From the IMG/VR virus record IMGVR_UViG_3300030372_000355, positions 1 through 30,992 of that record: a stretch of DNA of 30,992 nt. One strand, written 5' to 3'. This document shows positions 15,566-24,807 of this stretch, one piece after another. The stretch's first letter is position 1. Each line of letters opens with the position of its first letter. The position numbers and the translations under genes were made by a program. The notes under the pieces are model-generated. The model worked only from the letters and a program-made list of their open reading frames with translations. It was not told where the DNA came from and made no database searches. Source of the stretch: a virus. Lineage: Duplodnaviria > Caudoviricetes.

Positions 15566-17671
15566 ATGTCAATTAAATTATACAAATCACAATTAGAACC
15601 AACAGCTAAATCTTCTAATGTTCAAAACAGAGCTTTTGCAAGTCTCCAGGAAGCTGGATCTATTGGTAGAGCCTGGAAAGGCATGGTTCAATCTGGAGAA
15701 AAACTTTACGCAAAACATCTTGATTATAAAACTGACAATGAAGTTTTAGAAAAAGTTAAAGAAGTTATGAATGGTAGCGATAGTTATACGGGTTTATCTG
15801 AAACTAAAATTAACGCATCACAAATGAGTGATCCAGATGCAGCGGGTAAATTATACAACGATCAATGGCAAACTATATTTGACACAGTAAATAGTCAACT
15901 CTCAGGCAAACAAGCTCAAAGAAAGTTCAAGTCATGGATGACAAAACAAAATTTTAAAGATGTAAACGCAATTAAAACAGCATCTACTGAAAATTTTTTA
16001 TTATCATTAAGAAGAAACAAATTAGATCAAGTTGAAACTTTAAAAAAATCTATACTGTATGGAACACCTTTAGAAAGTAGCGCAGCTCGTAAAGAATTAA
16101 ATGCCTGGTACGAAGATACAAAAACAAAAGAAATATTTGGTAATACATTAGATAAAGTAAAGAAAGCAACTGAAACACAAATTGCTTTTTTTAAATATAA
16201 AAATGTACCAATAGAACAACAAGCAGAAGCTATAGAATTAGCAAAGAAAGATCCAAATATTCCTCTTGATGGCGAATATTCTGTTGATGCTTTAGAAAAA
16301 TTACAAGTTACTAAAAAAGTTACTGCTGATTATGCAAACAAAAACAATATTAATACGATGGAAAGCAATATGAAAGCTGGCTATGTAATTAACGAAGAAG
16401 ATTTTGCAGCAGCTATTAAGATTGCGCAAGATACTGGCGATGAAAAAGGTTTAATTAAATTAGCACAAATGCAAGTTGATTATCCTATTTATCAACAACT
16501 AAACAATATGTCTGTAGAGGCAATTCAAAATAGAATAAATATTTTAACTAATTTTCAAGGTAAAGATGGAAAAGGTAAAAAATTAGAAGATATAAATAAT
16601 TTAAGAATTTCAAAAGAATATTTAGATAATTTAACTACAGAATTAAATAAAGATCAATTAGTAACAGCTAGTGAAAAAAATATTATTAGTCTTGAAACTA
16701 TAGGTTTTGAAGAATTACTAACAACTGGCAATATTGATAATTTTAAAGATAAAGTTGAAAAAAGAATTGCACAAGCCAAAACTGTTTCTGATTTTTATAA
16801 AAGATCAATTAAATATTTTACAGAAGATGAAAAGACAGCTATTCAAAGTGCGTTTGATAGTGCAACAAGTGCTAATCAAATTATAAATTTATCTACTGGT
16901 TTAGTTAAAGCATTCGGTATGGATAGTGCAAAAGCATTTAAAGAATTTTCTAAAGATAGTTCAGTTTTTGCTCACATAGGCGGATTAGTTATGATGAATA
17001 ATGGCGTGCCAGGCAATAATGTAAAATTAGCTGTCGATGGATATTTGTTATCTAAAAATGCAGATCTTGCTGATAAGTATAAAATGAAAAGCACAGATGG
17101 AGTTTTACTAAATGTTATAGGTAAATATTCTGGAGCTTTTGGAGAAAATCAAAATACTTTTAATAGAGTAGTAGAAACAGCTAATTATATTTACGCTGCA
17201 CAATTAAAAAATAATGGAGAAACTACAAAAAATTTTAAAGGTTCTGAATGGGAAGAAGCATTTAAAATGGCTGCTGGTGCAACAATAATTGAAAAAACGG
17301 GGCCAGATATAACAATGGGTGGCTTTGATATTAACTCAAGAAAAAACATGGTTGCTATTCCACCTTGGTTAGAAGAAGGAAAATTTAAAGATGTTGAAGA
17401 ATTATTAAAAAGTAATCCAGAATTGTTTACTCAAGCATCATCAAATGGAAAAAATCCACAAATAAACGGAGAAGAATTTTTACCATCACAAGTTTTTTTA
17501 GAACAATATCCATATTTTGTAAGTGTTGGTAATGGTAAATATAAAATAGCCATGGGAGAAAATCCTCTTACACTTGGAGGAGATCACGAATATTTATTTA
17601 ATACTGACAATCAATTATTCATAATTGATCTAAATAATATCAAAGCAGAAATAACAACAGAATTACAATAA
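15566..17671 (+). CDS. Internal virion (ejection) protein, gp15-like
   Basis: 701 aa, largely helical, in the ejection-protein block. Confidence 0.65.
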   Translation: MSIKLYKSQLEPTAKSSNVQNRAFASLQEAGSIGRAWKGMVQSGEKLYAKHLDYKTDNEVLEKVKEVMNGSDSYTGLSETKINASQMSDPDAAGKLYNDQWQTIFDTVNSQLSGKQAQRKFKSWMTKQNFKDVNAIKTASTENFLLSLRRNKLDQVETLKKSILYGTPLESSAARKELNAWYEDTKTKEIFGNTLDKVKKATETQIAFFKYKNVPIEQQAEAIELAKKDPNIPLDGEYSVDALEKLQVTKKVTADYANKNNINTMESNMKAGYVINEEDFAAAIKIAQDTGDEKGLIKLAQMQVDYPIYQQLNNMSVEAIQNRINILTNFQGKDGKGKKLEDINNLRISKEYLDNLTTELNKDQLVTASEKNIISLETIGFEELLTTGNIDNFKDKVEKRIAQAKTVSDFYKRSIKYFTEDEKTAIQSAFDSATSANQIINLSTGLVKAFGMDSAKAFKEFSKDSSVFAHIGGLVMMNNGVPGNNVKLAVDGYLLSKNADLADKYKMKSTDGVLLNVIGKYSGAFGENQNTFNRVVETANYIYAAQLKNNGETTKNFKGSEWEEAFKMAAGATIIEKTGPDITMGGFDINSRKNMVAIPPWLEEGKFKDVEELLKSNPELFTQASSNGKNPQINGEEFLPSQVFLEQYPYFVSVGNGKYKIAMGENPLTLGGDHEYLFNTDNQLFIIDLNNIKAEITTELQ

Positions 17672-20124
17672 TGTCTATTTTTTACGATGAAGAACAAGCT
17701 ACAGCTGTAGAAAATGTAACCAGTACTGCTCAAGGCGAAAGAACTGGTTTTATGAAAAACTATAGTGCTGCCTATAATGCTTTTACTAGATCAGAAACTT
17801 TTGCATCTGAACGAAATAATTATGCAGAAGAATATGGCAACATGATTGAAATATTAAATAAAACGGGTCATACAGATTTTGTTTCTCCTTATGATAATAT
17901 GTTGACTTTTTCTGGAGAAGGCGAAGAACGAGTTGTCGGATATAAGCAAGTTGCTAAAATTCCTAATAGACAAGAATTAGAAGTAGATTTTTGGAATAAA
18001 ATTTCAGAACTACAAACAACAGATGAAAATTTAAAATCATTATTAGTAGAAGCTGGTTTAGATACTCCAGATAATATGAAAGCAACTATAGCAAGTAAAG
18101 CTCATAGTGCCTGGGAAGAATACGAAAATATAAACCAGAGAGCTTCTGGAGAATGGTATTCTTTTGGTGGTAAAACTGGTGGCTTTGTTGGTATGGCTGG
18201 AGGTGCATTTACAGATCCGATTATGTTAGGTGGTGTAGCAGCATCTTTTGGTTACTCTATTCCAAGTGGTATAGGTGCAGCAGCTTTAAGAGTTGCATAC
18301 ATGGAAGCAATTATTGGTGGTGTAACTGAAACATTAATACAATTAAAAGCACAACCATACAGAGCAGAGCTTGGTTTTGAAGATGCTGGTTTAGAAACTG
18401 GTTTAAAAAATATTGCCATGGTATCTGGTGCATCAGCTGTTTTATCTCCATTATTATTAGGTGTGTTTAAATCATTTGGTAAAGGTATTGAAGTAGGCCA
18501 AAAATATCTTGCTAAAGTTCCAACAGAAGATTTACAAAAAATAAAACAAGAACTTAATAATATAAATTCTAAATACAAAGATGATGCTTTAGATAATTAC
18601 AAATTTCCAGAAAAAGATATACCTAACAATACTCCAGCTGCACGAACTGAACATAATGAAAGATTAAATACAGCTGTTAAACAATTACAAGACGGACAAC
18701 CCGTAGATCTACCGCCAATAAGAAATAAAATTATATATCATGGCACAGATAAATATTTTAAAGAGTTTGATCTTAATAAAACAGCAGATCAATCTATTTG
18801 GTTTACAGATGATATTAACGCTATCAAAGCTGGTAAAGTAGGAGCTAGTGGCAAAGGTAATATTATTGAAAGAATAATAGACGAAAATAAAATAAAATTA
18901 GCAACTGCTGAACAAGCTGATAAATTAACAGACGATCAATTAATTGCACAAGGGTTTGAAGGTGTTAAGTATGAAAAATCTGCTGGTTTTGATGACAATA
19001 GTTACAGAATATTTAATACAGAAAAATTAGACAAAACTGGTTCCGTTCAATCTAAATCTGGTTTTAACAAAAACGAAACTAAATTAGCTGAAGATATTGA
19101 AGGTGTTAAAGATTTTGATGTGCCTACAGAGGCAGCTTATAGAAATCAAGCCTCAGTTTCAGAAGGAGAAATGTTTGAAGATGGAATGTCTTTGGCCATT
19201 AAAACGGAAGCTGGAGCAACATCAGCAGCAAAAACAGTTCCTACTGGTAAGCCTTTAGCAAAAACCCAGGATTTGGCATCTACATCCCAGGTAACAGATG
19301 CAGCTCCGTCATCTAAAGTTTTAGCAACTGCACAAACTAAACCTCCACTTATACGAGGTTCTACTACCAGTTCTGTTGGCGATTTTAATTCCATAACTAA
19401 AGATCGATTATACCATATATCAAATGATTTCAACGAAATTTACAGTACGTTGTCGAAAAAACTTGATAGAGTTAAAAAGGATTTACAACCTACAGCAACA
19501 AAATATAGTGGCGATTTAAAGGCACGAATAAAAGATAAGTCTAAATTACAAGAAAAATTAGATCAAAATATTAAACCAGAACATATTTCAGATTATTTAG
19601 GTGCAAGAATTAATTTAGACACCATAACACAAGCAAAGCTAGTTTTATCAGATTTAAACAAACAAGTTAAAATTATTCACATTGACGATTTTTTAGATGA
19701 TGTAGCAAGATCTAATAAAGGCTCTGAATATAGAGCTATTCATGCACAAGTATTAACTAAAGATGGTTTTTCTTTTGAATTACAAATTAGATTAAAAGAA
19801 CTAGAAAAACTTACAGATGAAAGCCACGCAGTTTATAAAAAGTTAAAATGGCAAAAAGATACTTTAACAGCAAAAGAATTAAATCAATTATTAGAAGCTG
19901 ATAAAAAAATTAAAAAAAAATTAAAAGCTAAATATTTTGAAATTAAAGATAAAGAGTTTTCAAGATTAAATCCAACTAATGATATTGATACACCAATAGT
20001 TATTGGACAAAGAATAGATGAGGCTACTGGAGAAATAGTACCACTTACAAAAACATCAAGAGAAATGTACGAACAAGATGCTAAAAGTGCAACTATGTTT
20101 GAAAGATTGAAGGATTGTATATGA
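17671..20124 (+). CDS. Internal virion protein carrying ART-like and RelA/SpoT synthetase-like domains
   Basis: Gly/Ala-rich hydrophobic segment typical of ejection proteins. YHGT...IWFTDD...GFEGV...YRIFN at aa ~354-455. RxK...EK, DYLGAR, EYRAIH, ELQIR and SHAVYK at aa ~615-724. Confidence 0.8.
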   Translation: MSIFYDEEQATAVENVTSTAQGERTGFMKNYSAAYNAFTRSETFASERNNYAEEYGNMIEILNKTGHTDFVSPYDNMLTFSGEGEERVVGYKQVAKIPNRQELEVDFWNKISELQTTDENLKSLLVEAGLDTPDNMKATIASKAHSAWEEYENINQRASGEWYSFGGKTGGFVGMAGGAFTDPIMLGGVAASFGYSIPSGIGAAALRVAYMEAIIGGVTETLIQLKAQPYRAELGFEDAGLETGLKNIAMVSGASAVLSPLLLGVFKSFGKGIEVGQKYLAKVPTEDLQKIKQELNNINSKYKDDALDNYKFPEKDIPNNTPAARTEHNERLNTAVKQLQDGQPVDLPPIRNKIIYHGTDKYFKEFDLNKTADQSIWFTDDINAIKAGKVGASGKGNIIERIIDENKIKLATAEQADKLTDDQLIAQGFEGVKYEKSAGFDDNSYRIFNTEKLDKTGSVQSKSGFNKNETKLAEDIEGVKDFDVPTEAAYRNQASVSEGEMFEDGMSLAIKTEAGATSAAKTVPTGKPLAKTQDLASTSQVTDAAPSSKVLATAQTKPPLIRGSTTSSVGDFNSITKDRLYHISNDFNEIYSTLSKKLDRVKKDLQPTATKYSGDLKARIKDKSKLQEKLDQNIKPEHISDYLGARINLDTITQAKLVLSDLNKQVKIIHIDDFLDDVARSNKGSEYRAIHAQVLTKDGFSFELQIRLKELEKLTDESHAVYKKLKWQKDTLTAKELNQLLEADKKIKKKLKAKYFEIKDKEFSRLNPTNDIDTPIVIGQRIDEATGEIVPLTKTSREMYEQDAKSATMFERLKDCI
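19146..19394 (-). CDS. Nested antisense 82-aa protein (candidate immunity/antitoxin)
   Basis: ATG at 19394 lies 12 bp downstream of a perfect TGnTATAAT. The product MELKSPTELVVEPRISGGLVCAVAKTLDDGAASVTWDVDAKSWVFAKGLPVGTVFAADVAPASVLMAKDIP... looks globular, while the + frame here is an S/T/A/P-rich linker. Confidence 0.55.
   Translation of the reverse strand: MELKSPTELVVEPRISGGLVCAVAKTLDDGAASVTWDVDAKSWVFAKGLPVGTVFAADVAPASVLMAKDIPSSNISPSETEA
19407..19433 (-). promoter_or_regulatory. Internal antisense promoter (extended -10)
   Basis: Minus strand TTGAAA (19433-19428), then TG-G-TATAAT (19415-19407). The -35 spacing is only 15 bp, but the extended -10 is consensus. Confidence 0.6.
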
Positions 20125-22658
20125 GCAAGTTTAGACAATGTATTATTAATGGTGTTAAAGAAGGTTTAATAAGTGAAACTCAAGCATATAAATTTAGAGA
20201 TAATTTAAACGAGCTAGAAGATTTTTATCAATCAAGAAAAAATTTAAGTAAACCAGAAGCAGAGCAAAGAGCTGCAAGAGAAGTTTACGATGCTATGAAA
20301 ATAGAGGAGGCTGAAAAGTTAAGGTTTACTATCTTGCAAAAAAATAAAATGCTTGAAATAGAAAATGTTTTTGCAACTTATAAAAATGCAAATGGAGAGC
20401 AAGATTTTGCAAATGCTTATAGAGCATTAATGGCACAAGATAATATAAATCCTTTACCTAATGTAGAAAGAGCTGTTGATATTGAAAGAGGAAAAGCTCA
20501 TCAATTAATGGCAGATCTATTAGATAAAATGAAATACAAAATTGGTGGGTTTCAAACTAAAAATCAAAAAGCTAATTTAAAATTAATGGTAAGAGAATTA
20601 ATGGGAGAAAATACTTCTAACCTTAATGCAAAACAATTAGCAGATGCTTGGAGACAGACAGCAGAGCATTTAAGAAAAAGATTTAATAAATTTGGTGGTA
20701 AAATTTTATCAAGAAAAGATTGGGGATTACCACAAATACACGATACATTATTAGTAAGATCTGTACCTAAAGCAGAATGGATAGATTTTATTTTACCTAA
20801 ATTAGATTTAGATAAAATGATTAATGAAAGATCTGGTTTACCTTTTAACGACAAAACTATTAGAGAGGCATTAAGTGAAGTTTACGACAATATTGCAACA
20901 GAAGGTATGGCAACTTTCAAACCAAATACAAATGGTTACGGCAAAGCATTACACAATAGAAGATTAGATCACAGATTTTTAGCATTTAAAAACGCTGATG
21001 ATTGGATGGAATATCAAACAAGATTTGGTTCTCCAGATCCATTTAAAACTATGATGGAACATATTAACGGGATGTCTAGGGATATAGCTTTACTTAAAAT
21101 CCTGGGGCCAAATCCAGATGCAATACACACTTGGGCGATACAATCTATTAGAAAACAAATGAAGATTGATGCAGCAGCAGAAGCACAAGGAAAATTTAAA
21201 AGAAAAAGATTAAATAAATATAGAAACGAAGAAGATAGAACTGAAGCAATAATTGAAAATACAAAAAATTTATATGCTTATCACAAAGGAACTTTGCATA
21301 AACCTATTGATGGTTTTATGGGTAGAACTTTTGCATCATTAAGACAATTATTAACTGCTGCACAATTAGGGGGTGCTTCAGTTATGGCAATTACAGACTT
21401 TCATTGGTCAAGAATAACATCTAAATTTAATGGTTTACCTACTTACAAAGCAAATCAAAATTCTCTTAAATTATTAAAAGAAGGTATAAAAAAAGATAAA
21501 GCATTATCAAGAACAGCTATTAGATTAGGATTAATTGCAGAACATTGGAGTACAGTTGCGGGAGTTCAAGCAAGATTTTTAAACGAAGTAGATGCTCCAT
21601 TTTGGTCTAAAAGAATTTCTGATTTTGTATTAAGAGGATCTGGATTATCACACATTACTCAATCTGGAAGATGGGCGTTTGGTATGTCTGTAATGGGAAC
21701 ACTTGCAGAAGAAAGCGGAAAAGTATTTAAAAAATTAGATCCTAATTTACAAAAACAATTACAGAAAAACGGCATTGGAGCTGATGAATGGGATATTATT
21801 AGAAAAACAAAATTATATGATGCTGGAGTAGATGAGCCATCTATGGTTGGTAAAGGTGCAACTTTTTTAAGACCAGATGATATTATGCAAAGAGCTGACT
21901 TAGATGAAGCTACAAGAGAATTTTTAACTACCAGGTTATTAACTTATGTAACTAATGAAACAAACTTTGCAGTACCTACTTCTTCTGCAAAAGGTAGAAT
22001 TGTTGCAAGTGGTTATACTCAACCTGGAACACTACCAGGCGAACTAATGAACTCTGTTTTAATGTATAAAAATTTTCCAATTACTTTAGGAATGACGCAT
22101 TTGGCTAGAGGTTTTCAGCAAGTAGGTTTAGCGGGAAAAGCTAAATATTTAGTGCCAATGATTGTAGGAGGTGCTTTGATGGGAGCTTTAGCTTATGAAA
22201 TAAAACAAATTGCAGCTGGTAAAAACCCAACACCAGTAGAAAATATGGGGCCACGATATTGGTTAAATGCAATAGTTTATGGTGGTGGATTAGGAATATT
22301 TGGAGACTTCTTATTTTCAGATCAAAACAGATATGGTGGATCTTTAAGTAAAACTATTGCGGGGCCAGTTACTTCATTTTTAGGAGATACTATAAATTTA
22401 ACTATTGGCAATCTTATACAACTAGGAACTGGAGAAAAAACTAATGCTGGGAGAGAGCTTGCAGCATTCGTACAAAGATACACTCCTGGTTCTTCTTTAT
22501 GGTATGCCAGAGTTGCTTTAGAAAGAATACTATTTGATACACTTGAAAAGCTAATAAATCCCGATTTTGATAACGATACTAGGAGAGATACTAACAAATT
22601 ATTAAACAGAACTGGTCAAGATTATTGGTGGGAACCAGGCGAAATTACACCAAATTAG
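20121..22658 (+). CDS. Large internal virion (ejection) protein, gp16-like (start revised to ATG 20121)
   Basis: ATGA overlap with the upstream stop and an AAGGA SD. ~845 aa with C-terminal hydrophobic, Gly-rich segments (GGGLGIFGDFLF). Confidence 0.75.
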   Translation: MSKFRQCIINGVKEGLISETQAYKFRDNLNELEDFYQSRKNLSKPEAEQRAAREVYDAMKIEEAEKLRFTILQKNKMLEIENVFATYKNANGEQDFANAYRALMAQDNINPLPNVERAVDIERGKAHQLMADLLDKMKYKIGGFQTKNQKANLKLMVRELMGENTSNLNAKQLADAWRQTAEHLRKRFNKFGGKILSRKDWGLPQIHDTLLVRSVPKAEWIDFILPKLDLDKMINERSGLPFNDKTIREALSEVYDNIATEGMATFKPNTNGYGKALHNRRLDHRFLAFKNADDWMEYQTRFGSPDPFKTMMEHINGMSRDIALLKILGPNPDAIHTWAIQSIRKQMKIDAAAEAQGKFKRKRLNKYRNEEDRTEAIIENTKNLYAYHKGTLHKPIDGFMGRTFASLRQLLTAAQLGGASVMAITDFHWSRITSKFNGLPTYKANQNSLKLLKEGIKKDKALSRTAIRLGLIAEHWSTVAGVQARFLNEVDAPFWSKRISDFVLRGSGLSHITQSGRWAFGMSVMGTLAEESGKVFKKLDPNLQKQLQKNGIGADEWDIIRKTKLYDAGVDEPSMVGKGATFLRPDDIMQRADLDEATREFLTTRLLTYVTNETNFAVPTSSAKGRIVASGYTQPGTLPGELMNSVLMYKNFPITLGMTHLARGFQQVGLAGKAKYLVPMIVGGALMGALAYEIKQIAAGKNPTPVENMGPRYWLNAIVYGGGLGIFGDFLFSDQNRYGGSLSKTIAGPVTSFLGDTINLTIGNLIQLGTGEKTNAGRELAAFVQRYTPGSSLWYARVALERILFDTLEKLINPDFDNDTRRDTNKLLNRTGQDYWWEPGEITPN

Positions 22659-22695
22659 TTATAGACAATATAGACTTTTTTAAATAAAGAGAAAC

Positions 22696-22732
22696 ATAGT
22701 GTAGGATTTTCATGCCTACAAACTATTTTTTT
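22696..22732 (+). terminator. Probable intrinsic terminator/attenuator before the tail fibre genes
   Basis: ATAGT-GTAGG(ATTTTCATG)CCTAC-AA-ACTAT followed by a T run. Confidence 0.55.
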
Positions 22733-22754
22733 CACAACACAGATATAAAAAATT

Positions 22755-24413
22755 ATGACGATTTCTACGACAACTTTGCGTAATTCCTATAGTGGTAACG
22801 GATCCACGACAGAATTTGCGTACACATTTCCGATAAATTCAACTTCTGAAATAACAGTAATTGAAAGATCGGCTACTGGAACAGAGACAGTTAAATCTGA
22901 AGGTACTGGATCTACTAATTATTCTATAGTTGATAATGGCGCATCGGGTGGAACTGTTACTATGGTTACGGCTCCCGCATCGGGAACTACTTTAGTTATT
23001 TTAAGAAACACTAATTTAACTCAAGAAACGGATTATGTTGCTAATGATCCATTTCCAGCAGAAACTCACGAAGATGCTTTGGATAAACTCCAAATGCAAA
23101 ACCAGGAGCTTCAAGAAGAATTAGATAGATCTCTTAAAATTTCTCGTACTAACACAATGACGAGTACCGAGTTTACTACGTCTGCAACTGACAGAGCTAG
23201 TAAAGTATTGTCATTTGATAGTTCTGGAGAGCTATCTGTAACGCAAGAGCTTGGAACATTTAAAGGTAACTGGGCCGCTTCAACAGCGTATGTAATTAGA
23301 GATTTAGTTAAAGATACGTCAACTAATAATATTTTTATTTGTGTAACTGCTCATACCAGCTCTGGTTCACAACCATTAACGACAAATACAGACAGCGCAA
23401 AATGGTCTTTAATAGTTGACGCTGCATCGGCTACCAGTTCTCAAAGTGCTGCTGCAAGTTCAGCCACAGCAGCGGCCAACTCTGCGACAGCTGCCGCTTC
23501 AAGTGCCTCAACTGCGAGTGGCCATAAAGATACTGCGACTACAAAAGCCTCAGAAGCCGCTTCATCGGCAACAGCTGCGGCTAGTTCAGCTACATCTGCT
23601 GCTGCCAGTTACGATAATTTTGATGATAGATACCTAGGAGCAAAATCTAGTGATCCTTCAGCTGATAATGACGGAGACAGTTTAGTTACTGGAGCATTAT
23701 ATTTTAATACTTCAAATAATGTTATGATGGTTTACACGGGTTCTGCCTGGGTAAGAACTACTCCGAGTTCTTCGGATCAAACAAATATTAATACTTTATC
23801 TGCTAGCGCAGTAGTAACTGATATGGGATTATTGGCTACTACCGATGTTATCGCTGATATGGCTTTGTTAGCAAATTCAGATGTTATTGCTGACATGGCA
23901 TTATTAGCAACAACAGATGTCATTGCAGACATGAATACTCTAGCAACGTCTGATATTGTTTCTGACTTAAATACTTTAGCAACGTCTGACATTGTTTCAG
24001 ATCTTAATCAATTAGCCACTTCAGATTTTGTATCTGACTTGAATGCTATTGAAGCAATCAAAGCTAATGTAACAACTGTTGCTGATAATGTAGCTGGTGT
24101 AAATAGTTTTGCAGAAAGATATAGAGTTGGATCATCTGATCCCTCATCTAGTAATGATGCTGGAGATCTCGCGTTTAATACATCGTCAAATGTTTTAAAA
24201 TATTACGATGGCTCTGCTTGGCAAACTATATCAGCCAATACAGACATAAAAGTTTCTGTATCATCAAATGATACAACACCAAATTTCTTACTTTCAAAAT
24301 TTACTGCTGGATCTGGGATCTCTCTAGCAGAAACAAACGATGGCGGTAATGAAACTATAACAATAACAAATACTGGAGATGACCCAACAGCCTTGGCGAT
24401 AGCTTTAGGTTAA
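22755..24413 (+). CDS. Tail fibre protein (T7 gp17-like N-terminus)
   Basis: YSGNGSTTEFAYTF...R.T...ALDKL N-terminal anchor, a GNWAASTAY..RDLV module, an Ala/Ser-rich stalk, 12-aa repeats and a TALAIALG end. Confidence 0.85.
   Translation: MTISTTTLRNSYSGNGSTTEFAYTFPINSTSEITVIERSATGTETVKSEGTGSTNYSIVDNGASGGTVTMVTAPASGTTLVILRNTNLTQETDYVANDPFPAETHEDALDKLQMQNQELQEELDRSLKISRTNTMTSTEFTTSATDRASKVLSFDSSGELSVTQELGTFKGNWAASTAYVIRDLVKDTSTNNIFICVTAHTSSGSQPLTTNTDSAKWSLIVDAASATSSQSAAASSATAAANSATAAASSASTASGHKDTATTKASEAASSATAAASSATSAAASYDNFDDRYLGAKSSDPSADNDGDSLVTGALYFNTSNNVMMVYTGSAWVRTTPSSSDQTNINTLSASAVVTDMGLLATTDVIADMALLANSDVIADMALLATTDVIADMNTLATSDIVSDLNTLATSDIVSDLNQLATSDFVSDLNAIEAIKANVTTVADNVAGVNSFAERYRVGSSDPSSSNDAGDLAFNTSSNVLKYYDGSAWQTISANTDIKVSVSSNDTTPNFLLSKFTAGSGISLAETNDGGNETITITNTGDDPTALAIALG
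23820..24035 (+). repeat. Six degenerate 36-bp (12-aa) tandem repeats in the tail fibre
   Basis: DMGLLATTDVIA, DMALLANSDVIA, DMALLATTDVIA, DMNTLATSDIVS, DLNTLATSDIVS, DLNQLATSDFVS. Confidence 0.9.
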
Positions 24414-24432
24414 TTAATAGGAGAAAAAACAA

Positions 24433-24798
24433 ATGGCAAATACTTTTAAGGTTGTTACTTTCGCTGCTGAACCCGCATCGGCTGGAACTCCATATAAAAT
24501 GTACACAACTGCTGGCAGTACCACTACAGTAATTCTTGGTTTGATCCTAACTAACATTCACACATCTTCTGTTACAGTTGAGGTAGAATTAGTTAGTGAT
24601 ACAGCAAATAGGGGTGGTGCAAATAACGTAGCAAATGGAACATCTTTTTTAGTTAAAGATGTAACTATACCAGCTGGAAGTTCATTAGAACTTTTATCTG
24701 GCGGCAAAGTTGTAATGGAAGCAACAGACGAAATAAAAATTGATTGTTCTGTAGCTGACAAAGTATCTGGATCACTTTCCATAATGGAAATTACATAG
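24433..24798 (+). CDS. Tail-fibre-associated small beta protein
   Basis: SD AGGAG. MANTFK...IPAGSSLELL.G.KVV.E..D pattern, directly after the fibre gene. Confidence 0.7.
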   Translation: MANTFKVVTFAAEPASAGTPYKMYTTAGSTTTVILGLILTNIHTSSVTVEVELVSDTANRGGANNVANGTSFLVKDVTIPAGSSLELLSGGKVVMEATDEIKIDCSVADKVSGSLSIMEIT

Positions 24799-24807
24799 GA
24801 TTTATAA

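Noticed and set aside
18252-18578. Minus-strand ORF upstream of the ART-like domain as a second nested immunity gene
   Set aside because: It overlaps the conserved-looking hydrophobic core of the ejection protein, has shadow-like P/S/A composition and shows no evident promoter.
19884-20138. Minus-strand ORF downstream of the RelA/SpoT domain
   Set aside because: Typical antisense composition, overlaps two genuine genes, and no convincing promoter was seen.
23820-24035. 36-bp periodicity as a CRISPR array
   Set aside because: The repeats are contiguous, degenerate at third codon positions and in frame within a CDS, with no spacers.
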